A model generated the notes under the pieces. It was not told the origin of the DNA. It saw only the letters and a list, made by a program, of their open reading frames with translations, and searched no databases. From the NCBI GenBank assembly GCA_035380285.1, contig DAOSXE010000001.1, positions 150,659-182,658 of the forward strand: a DNA stretch of 32,000 nt, in the 5' to 3' direction. Within the stretch, counting starts at the first letter, position 1. Each line of letters begins with the position of its first letter. This DNA is from a bacterium. Its GTDB lineage: Bacteria > Auribacterota > Erginobacteria > Erginobacterales > DAOSXE01. Made by a program: the position numbers and the translations under genes. This document shows, piece after piece, positions 8,673 through 14,283 of the stretch.

Positions 8673-9430
8673 ACGATCTCGATCTCCACCCGCCGGTTCC
8701 GGGCGCGGCCTTCCGGGGTTTCGTTGGAGGCCACCGGTTTTTGGGAGCCGTAGCCGACGGCGCTGAACCGGGCCGGGTCGACCTGGTGGGAATCGATGAA
8801 ATAGCGCAGCACGGCCGCGGCCCGGGCGCTGGAAAGTTCCCAATTGGAAGGATACAGCGGCGTGTGAATGGGCGTGGAGTCGGTGTAGCCGCCGATCCGG
8901 ACCTGGTAGGGGTTGAGTTCGAAAAACGCCGCCAGCCGATCGAGCAGTTCCCGGGCCTGGGGCCGGAGAACGGCTTTGCCCGGAGAGAAGAGGAACGGGG
9001 CCAGGGGCACGATCGTCACCTTCCAGCGCGAAACCTCGACCCGAACGAACCGTTCCAGACCCTGGTCGACGACGTACTGCTTGATCTCCTCCCCGAGCTT
9101 CTGGAGTTCGTCCACCCGCTCCAGTTCCTTGAGCAGGGGCGACTCCAGTTTTTCCAGTTTGACGATCAGATCGGGGTCGGCTTCCCGGACCTCGACCAGA
9201 GGGACGTTGTCCGGGGCCTCGACATCGGCCTGGTCGGTCTGGATGAATTTCTTCCCCGCGATCCAGGCGGGGTTGATCTTGAGGGCGAGCATGGTGGCCA
9301 GGATGATGAAGAAGGTCATGAGCAGGGTGGCCATGTCCGAATAGGTGGTCATCCAATCCGGAGGCCAGGTCGCCTCCAGGTCCCCGGACCCGGTTTCCTG
9401 GGTTCCCCTGGTTCTTCGCCGCGCCGCCAT
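8603..9430 (-). CDS. motB: MotB-like stator subunit, paralog 2 (TM helix with conserved Asp plus OmpA-like peptidoglycan-binding domain)
   Basis: WPPDWMTTYSDMATLLMTFFIIL carries the MotB channel Asp in YSDM. The C-terminal OmpA-like domain reads VRIGGYTDSTP...SNWELSSARAAAVLRYF...NRRVEIEIV. Confidence 0.85.
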   Translation of the reverse strand: MAARRRTRGTQETGSGDLEATWPPDWMTTYSDMATLLMTFFIILATMLALKINPAWIAGKKFIQTDQADVEAPDNVPLVEVREADPDLIVKLEKLESPLLKELERVDELQKLGEEIKQYVVDQGLERFVRVEVSRWKVTIVPLAPFLFSPGKAVLRPQARELLDRLAAFFELNPYQVRIGGYTDSTPIHTPLYPSNWELSSARAAAVLRYFIDSHQVDPARFSAVGYGSQKPVASNETPEGRARNRRVEIEIVQRTAFSEGESSPADSSISGASE

Positions 9431-9432
9431 GG

Positions 9433-10272
9433 CTATCCCTTGTCCAGCATCTCCGAACTGATATACATGTGAAATTCGATCCGCCGGTTCCGGGCCCGGT
9501 GCTCGGGCGTGTCGTTGGGGAAACGGGGCAGGGAGTCGCCGTAGCCGCTGACCGAGATCAGGCTGGCGGGGATCCCGCCGTGCTCGATCAGATAGCGCCC
9601 GGCCGCCACCGCCCGGGCGCTGGAGAGCTCCCAGTTGCTGGGGAACCGGCGCCGGTGGCAGGGGTGGATGGGGACGGAGTCGGTGTGGCCCTCGATCCGG
9701 ATCGCGGCCCCGGTCCCCCGCAGCAGCGCGGCGATCTTATCGAGGATGGGGTAGAAAGCGGGCTGCAGCGTGTCCGATCCTTCTCGGAAAAGGATGTCGG
9801 TGGTGGTGGGGATGAGAACGACGTCCTCGGCGGTGACCTTGATTTCGATGTCCCGGGCGACGCCGGTTTGGGCCAGGGTCTCCTTGATCTCCTCGGCCTT
9901 CTCCTGGATGGGCCGGAGTTCGTCGACGGCCAACTCCTGTTGGGGGGAAATATTGCGGGCCAGATCGGCCACGCGTTTTTTGACCATCACCTGGCGGGGT
10001 TGATCTCCCTTTTTAATATCGGTCTGTTCTTCGGCGATTCCCCGGACGATCTTGCTCGATGATTCCTTGGCGATCTCGATCCATTCCTGGGGCAGCCCCA
10101 TCATGGTGTTGGCGTACCAGAGCACGAAGAAAGTGAGCAGGATCGTGGTCATATCCGAATAAGTGGTCATCCACTTCGGCGGCCACTCCCCCTCCAGCCC
10201 TCCTTCCTGAACGTCGGGCTCGATGCGGGTCCGCTCGACCAGGGGATCGCCGGCTTTCTTCTTTCTCGGCAA
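9433..10272 (-). CDS. motB: MotB-like stator subunit, paralog 1
   Basis: WPPKWMTTYSDMTTILLTFFVLW is followed by an OmpA-like domain (IRIEGHTDSVP...SNWELSSARAVAAGRYL...NRRIEFHMY). The apparent TTG start comes directly after the motA TGA, with GGGAGG 6 nt upstream. Confidence 0.85.
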   Translation of the reverse strand: MPRKKKAGDPLVERTRIEPDVQEGGLEGEWPPKWMTTYSDMTTILLTFFVLWYANTMMGLPQEWIEIAKESSSKIVRGIAEEQTDIKKGDQPRQVMVKKRVADLARNISPQQELAVDELRPIQEKAEEIKETLAQTGVARDIEIKVTAEDVVLIPTTTDILFREGSDTLQPAFYPILDKIAALLRGTGAAIRIEGHTDSVPIHPCHRRRFPSNWELSSARAVAAGRYLIEHGGIPASLISVSGYGDSLPRFPNDTPEHRARNRRIEFHMYISSEMLDKG

Positions 10273-11028
10273 TCACTGCCTCCCGGCCAGGTAGGCCTTG
10301 AGTTTCTCCCGGACGATCTGGGAATTGTCCCCCGCCTGGATGGATGCGATGCCTTCGATGATGATCTCGCGGGTGAGGGCCATGTTGGTGTTGTAGACCC
10401 GGATTTTGCCGGCGATGGGCATACAGAAAAGCCCGGCCAAAACGATTCCGTAGAAGGTGGTCATCAGGGCCACGGACATGTTGGGGGCGATGGTCTCCAC
10501 GTCGGAGAGGGTTCTCAGCAGCAGGATCAGCCCGACCAGGGTCCCGACCATCCCGAAGAGGGGGGCGTAGACCGAGATGTCGCGCCAGAGCCGTTCGTCG
10601 GTGGAGATCTTCATGTGCAGGTAGTCGGAGACGGTCTCGAGGATCCCCCGGGTGACTTCGGGGTCGGTTCCGTCCGCCACCAGGTCGACGCCGATGTCGA
10701 GCAGGGGGTAGCGGCCGTTGGTGGAGAGCTCCCGGATGGCCATGAACCCTTCCCGGCGGGCCTTGACCGCCATGTCGACGATGATCTCGATCACGGACTC
10801 CGGGCTGAGCACCCGGGTGACCAGAGTGAAACGGAAAGCCTTGAGGCCGTCCACGATCTGGCGGATGCTGAAGTTGATAAGGATGGCGGCCGAGGTACCC
10901 CCGAAGACGATCAGGACCGACGGCCAGTTGACGAAGTACCCCACCATCTCCATGCCCCCCCTGAGGAAGATGGAGAAGAAGATAACGCAGAACCCGATGA
11001 TGAAGCCGATAATGGTCGTCAGTCGCAT
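10273..11028 (-). CDS. motA: MotA/PomA-like stator channel subunit (MotA/TolQ/ExbB family)
   Basis: 251 aa with 4 TM helices. The cytoplasmic loop has AVKARREGFMAIRE, equivalent to the MotA Arg/Glu pair that faces FliG. APLFGMVGTLVGLI and TTFYGIVLAGLFCMPIAGKI contain the two conserved MotA prolines. Confidence 0.9.
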   Translation of the reverse strand: MRLTTIIGFIIGFCVIFFSIFLRGGMEMVGYFVNWPSVLIVFGGTSAAILINFSIRQIVDGLKAFRFTLVTRVLSPESVIEIIVDMAVKARREGFMAIRELSTNGRYPLLDIGVDLVADGTDPEVTRGILETVSDYLHMKISTDERLWRDISVYAPLFGMVGTLVGLILLLRTLSDVETIAPNMSVALMTTFYGIVLAGLFCMPIAGKIRVYNTNMALTREIIIEGIASIQAGDNSQIVREKLKAYLAGRQ

Positions 11029-11037
11029 GGCCTGTTC

Positions 11038-11238
11038 CTATTCCTTGGGTTGCAGCGGTGCCGCGATCGAACGCTTGTAATCCTTCACTTTCCCGACGAT
11101 TTCGTCCACGCTTTCACGGGCGATGAACTGCTCGCCGGTGGTCAGGGTGATGATCGTATCCGGCCGGCCTTCCACCCGTTCGATGAAATCGGCGTTGAGA
11201 ACCATCTCCTGCCCGTTGAGCCTGGTCACCTTTATCAT
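11038..11238 (-). CDS. flbD: FlbD-family flagellar protein
   Basis: MIKVTRLNGQEMVLNADFIERVEGRPDTIITLTTGEQFIARESVDEIVGKVKDYKRSI matches the FlbD consensus I remember (MIKLTRLNG..F.LN.DLIE.IE.TPDT.ITL..G....V.ESV.E) nearly position for position. It sits just upstream of motA, as in spirochaete/Firmicute flagellar operons. Confidence 0.85.
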   Translation of the reverse strand: MIKVTRLNGQEMVLNADFIERVEGRPDTIITLTTGEQFIARESVDEIVGKVKDYKRSIAAPLQPKE

Positions 11239-11253
11239 GAAATCCGGCCCCCG

Positions 11254-13338
11254 CTAAACCATCTCCTCCTGGAACCTGTGCACCGAAACCTGTCCCTCGC
11301 GTTCGAGCTTGCGGATGGTGGCGATGATCTCGTGCTGGGCCTCCATGGTCTTGCTGCTGAGCTGGCGGAGGATGTTCATGATCTCCTCCTGGGCTTCGTC
11401 GGCCCGCTTGCGGCTGATCGAACCCATCACTTCCAGATCCTCCTTGAGCATGGCCACCGCCCGCTCCGTCAGGCCGGCGAAAAACTTCTCCCGCACCTGC
11501 TCGGACGCCCCCCGCAGCGCCATCTTCAGGACGGTCCGGTCCACGGTCCGGAAGATATCCTCGATCACGTTCTGATCGACTTCCAGCATGGCTTCGTTGA
11601 ACGGCAGTTCCTTTCCTTCGCGCTCGATCTCGACCCGGCGCACGGTTTGGGTGTCTTCTTCGAACATTTCCCGGGCCCGGTCGGTCATGTTGCGCAGGAA
11701 CTTGGCTTTAACTTCGTCGGACGCATCGGAGAGCGAGTTGGCGATCATCTCCCGGGAGATGTTGTGGATAAGGGTTTCGATATCCTTGTCGTCCAGGGAT
11801 GAGATGTCCTCGAAGAGGAACATGCGTTTGCGGACCTCCTCGGCCAGGGTGGTATTCCGTTTCTGCATGTTCTCCAGAATGATCTTGGCCACCGCGTACC
11901 GGCTGGAACTGAGGATGTCGGCCAGAACCCGGTAGCCCATGACCGGGATATAATCTTTCAGCATCTTGATCTGTTTGAGCTTGCGTTCCAGGAAAGCCTT
12001 GATCTCCCCGGCCATGTCCTCCCCCTCGGTCAGAGAACTCATGGCCTGGGCCACCTCCAGCTGTTTTTCCTCCTCCAGCTTGCTCAGGGCATCGGCGGCG
12101 TCCTTGGGATCGACTTGGGAGAGAACCGCGGCGGCCAGTTTCGGTTCCTCGTCCATGATCAGGAGGTGGACTTCGTCGGGCGGCAGGGAGCGCAGGTACT
12201 TGAAGGGCTCGTCGAGGAGCGAGGCGTCGGGGAGCTTCTCCAGTTGCTGGGACATCAGATCTTCGATGTTGCCCAGGACCTCGACCACCTCGGCGCCGAA
12301 GCCGACTCCGGCGGCTCCCGGCGCCGCCGGTCCGGCCGCCTGCGCCGCCGGGGCCGCGGCCGCCGGTGCTCCCGTTCCGGGAGTCCCGGTGCCGGTGCCG
12401 CCGCCGGCGACCAGCTTGCGCTGTTCGTCGAGCATGTCGGAGAGAGTGTCCCGGATTTCGGAGAGCAGGGCGTCCGCTTCCTGGGGCCCGCGGGTGAGGG
12501 CGTCGCGGATCTCCCCCAGCAGCTCGTCGAAATTGGTCCCCTGGCCGCTCCGGTCGAGGGCGTCTCGGATCTCTTCCAGTATTTCTCCGTAATCCCCGCC
12601 GCCGGCGGCAGCCACCACCTGGCGGATTTCCTCCAGTTCCTGGCGCCGCCGTTTCTTCTTGTCTTCCGGGCTTTCCTCGTGCCCGCTCCCCCCCGCTTCG
12701 CCGCCCGCCCCCTGGGCCCCGCCGATGATCGCCGTTTCCGCGCGTTTCTGTTTCCGCAGGGGCAGGAATATGGCGGCGATCAGGATGAGCAGGCCCGCGA
12801 GGGCGATGAGGGCGTAGAGGACGTAGTTCTGTTGGGCCGCCGAGGGAGGAAGCGCCACTTCGGGCCACGGTTCGGGGACGACGGCGACGGTGTCGCCGCG
12901 GGCTTCGTTGATCCCGGCCCAGCGCCGGACGGCCGGTTCGATGGCTTCGATCTGTTCCTGGGGCAGGTTTTCGTCGACCTCGACGGTGATGTGGAGGCTG
13001 GAGATGGTGGGGGAGAAGTTATTGGCCGCCTGAACCAGTTTCTTTTCCTGGGCGGCGTCGACCGTCTTTACCCCGGATATCCGGGAAAGCCCCTGTATCC
13101 TCTGCAGGTTGCCGTTACCGGTGGGATCGCTGAGGGTGACGTCGATGGATACGATCGTTCTTCCCGGCCCCACCAGGGTGTCGAGTTTGGGCTGTAGGTT
13201 GGCTTGGATGGCCGCTTCGGTCTGGGCTTCGGCGCTGCTCTGGGCCACTTGGGCCGCACCGGTCCCGGCCAGGAGGAGGAAGACGGTGGCCAGGACGGCG
13301 CTCGCTCTAACCGGTCCGCGGGAGAGGCTGCCGGGCAT
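11254..13338 (-). CDS. Fusion protein: signal/TM1, FliF/YscJ-like periplasmic ring-building module, TM2, repeat and low-complexity linker, FliG middle domain, two FliG C-terminal (torque-helix) domains
   Basis: aa 11-27 form a hydrophobic N-terminal segment. aa 45-155 (LQPKLDTLVGPGRTIVSIDVTL ... ISSLHITVEVDENLPQEQIEAIEPAVRRWAGINEARGDTVAVV) follow the FliF/YscJ pattern. aa 171-193 form a TM helix followed by RKQKR. aa 385-435 (LPPDEVHLLIMDEEPKLAAAVLSQVDPKDAADALSKL) resemble the FliG_M EHPQ region. aa 505-560 (MFLFEDISSLDDKDIETLI...SDASDEVKAKFLRNMTDRAREMFEED) match FliG_C, as do aa 590-690 (VIEDIFRTVDRTVLKMALRGASEQVREKFFAGLTERAVAMLKEDLEVMGSISRKRADEAQEEI...LEREGQV). GGAGGA lies 8 nt upstream of the ATG. 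Confidence 0.8.
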   Translation of the reverse strand: MPGSLSRGPVRASAVLATVFLLLAGTGAAQVAQSSAEAQTEAAIQANLQPKLDTLVGPGRTIVSIDVTLSDPTGNGNLQRIQGLSRISGVKTVDAAQEKKLVQAANNFSPTISSLHITVEVDENLPQEQIEAIEPAVRRWAGINEARGDTVAVVPEPWPEVALPPSAAQQNYVLYALIALAGLLILIAAIFLPLRKQKRAETAIIGGAQGAGGEAGGSGHEESPEDKKKRRRQELEEIRQVVAAAGGGDYGEILEEIRDALDRSGQGTNFDELLGEIRDALTRGPQEADALLSEIRDTLSDMLDEQRKLVAGGGTGTGTPGTGAPAAAAPAAQAAGPAAPGAAGVGFGAEVVEVLGNIEDLMSQQLEKLPDASLLDEPFKYLRSLPPDEVHLLIMDEEPKLAAAVLSQVDPKDAADALSKLEEEKQLEVAQAMSSLTEGEDMAGEIKAFLERKLKQIKMLKDYIPVMGYRVLADILSSSRYAVAKIILENMQKRNTTLAEEVRKRMFLFEDISSLDDKDIETLIHNISREMIANSLSDASDEVKAKFLRNMTDRAREMFEEDTQTVRRVEIEREGKELPFNEAMLEVDQNVIEDIFRTVDRTVLKMALRGASEQVREKFFAGLTERAVAMLKEDLEVMGSISRKRADEAQEEIMNILRQLSSKTMEAQHEIIATIRKLEREGQVSVHRFQEEMV
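12424..12639 (-). repeat. In-frame degenerate tandem repeat (4 copies of an xxEIR[DQ]x[LV] helix motif) inside the FliF/FliG-fusion gene
   Basis: The protein shows ELEEIRQVV / ILEEIRDALDRSG / LLGEIRDALTRGP / LLSEIRDTLSDML. On the + strand the units appear as GAGGGCGTCGCGGATCTCCCCCAGCAG, GAGGGCGTCTCGGATCTCTTCCAG and similar. A Gly/Thr/Pro/Ala low-complexity linker follows (aa 311-347, nt 12298-12408). Confidence 0.8.
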
Positions 13339-13342
13339 GGTC

Positions 13343-14119
13343 TTAATCCTCCGTAGGTTCGGTTCCGGCCGATCCGGCCGGTTCCGGGACCGCGGCGGGC
13401 CCCCCCACCGTCTCCAGCCCGGCGTAGCGGGGGACGATCAGCACCATTCCCGGGTAGATCAGGTCCGGTTCGAAGATCTGGTCGCGATTGGCGTGGTAGA
13501 GAAGGAGCCAACGGTAGGGGTTGCCGTAAACTTCCGGCTTGCCCGCGATGGTCCAGAGGCACTCGCCCTCGCCGACCAGGTAGGTGTCCATGCCCAGAAG
13601 CTGCGCGGAAACCGGTTCGCCCGCGGCGGTTACCGTGATCCGCGGACCGGTCTCGGAACCGCTCGCCTCGGCCTCGCTGAGCTGCAGCTCCGCCTGGCGG
13701 CGCTTGATTTCTTCGTCTTCGGCCTTGATCGTCAATTCCTCGACCTGGTTTCTCAAGGCCTCGACTTCTTTTTTCAGGGCGTCGGCGGCGGCTTGTTCGT
13801 CCCGCAGGGCCTGGAGAAGCTCTTCCTCGCTGGGGGCGGGAGACTCCGCGGTTCTTCGAGACCCGGCTTCGGGGTAGTAGCGTTCGAGGTCGCGCATCCG
13901 GGGGTTGCGGAAGATGAACCCCTCGTTGCCCCAGAGGACGTCGTCGGGTCCCCCGATGGTCAGCGGCCGGGGGCTGAACGGGTAGTCCATGGGGCGGAAG
14001 GTGCGGCCGCCCGGTTTCCAGACGCTCTCCAGGTCGTAACGGTCCGCGATTTCGGCCGTGTCCGCAAGGAGGTTTCCCGCCGCCCCCGCGGCCAGAATGA
14101 AGATGAACAGTCGCTTCAT
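13343..14119 (-). CDS. Secreted coiled-coil protein with C-terminal LysM peptidoglycan-binding domain
   Basis: Signal peptide MKRLFIFILAAGAAGNLLA. The central heptad-rich segment is EEELLQALRDEQAAADALKKEVEALRNQVEELTIKAEDEEIKRRQAELQL. The LysM-like C-terminus is YLVGEGECLWTIAGKPEVYGNPYRWLLLYHANRDQIFEPDLIYPGMVLIVP. I prefer the ATG at 14119 over the TTG at 14122, because AAGGAG lies 6 nt upstream of the ATG. Confidence 0.75.
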   Translation of the reverse strand: MKRLFIFILAAGAAGNLLADTAEIADRYDLESVWKPGGRTFRPMDYPFSPRPLTIGGPDDVLWGNEGFIFRNPRMRDLERYYPEAGSRRTAESPAPSEEELLQALRDEQAAADALKKEVEALRNQVEELTIKAEDEEIKRRQAELQLSEAEASGSETGPRITVTAAGEPVSAQLLGMDTYLVGEGECLWTIAGKPEVYGNPYRWLLLYHANRDQIFEPDLIYPGMVLIVPRYAGLETVGGPAAVPEPAGSAGTEPTED

Positions 14120-14156
14120 CAAGGGCTCCTTAGATTGAAGTAATTGCTGAAATCAA

Positions 14157-14186
14157 TTTATAGCAACTGCCGCTTTGAATTGTCAA
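14157..14186 (-). promoter_or_regulatory. Putative sigma70-type promoter of the LysM-FliF/G-FlbD-MotAB operon
   Basis: On the minus strand: TTGACA (14186-14181), an 18-nt spacer, then TATAAA (14162-14157). It lies about 35 nt upstream of the AAGGAG RBS, in the only AT-rich gap of this region. Confidence 0.4.
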
Positions 14187-14212
14187 CTCGAAGCGTCGGG
14201 CGCAGCCTTGGA

Positions 14213-14242
14213 TTGACGGCGACCGCTTCGCTCTGCTAGTCT
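14213..14242 (+). promoter_or_regulatory. Possible sigma70-type promoter for the 14284-19197 operon
   Basis: TTGACG (14213-14218), an 18-nt spacer, then TAGTCT (14237-14242), about 40 nt upstream of the ATG at 14284. The -10 element is weak. Confidence 0.25.
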
Positions 14243-14283
14243 CCTTCAAAACAACACCGAACTCTAACCTATTTGGCGGACGG

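Noticed and set aside
8603-11028. MotA/MotB homologs as an anti-phage Zorya system or as a TolQR/ExbBD system.
   Set aside because: As I recall it, ZorA is much longer with a long C-terminal tail and is accompanied by ZorC/D- or ZorE-type genes, none of which are present. TolR/ExbD lack the OmpA-like domain seen in both B subunits. FlbD and FliG-like domains in the same operon point to the flagellar-type branch.
12298-12639. Repetitive DNA as a possible CRISPR array or non-coding tandem repeat.
   Set aside because: The repeats are in frame within a long, well-supported ORF and encode helix motifs and a Gly/Ala/Pro linker. There is no repeat-spacer periodicity and there are no cas genes.
8603-14119. 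Calling this a flagellar gene cluster or evidence that the organism is flagellated.
   Set aside because: Only stator, FlbD and FliF/FliG-derived parts are present. No export apparatus, switch, rod, hook or filament genes occur in the window, so flagellation cannot be inferred from this sequence.
14217-14233. Sigma54-like element CGGCGACCGCTTCGCT (GG-N10-GC) upstream of the 14284 operon.
   Set aside because: Only the GG/GC dinucleotides and a few flanking bases match TGGCACG-N4-TTGCW. No enhancer-binding protein gene is nearby, and such a match is expected by chance in GC-rich DNA.
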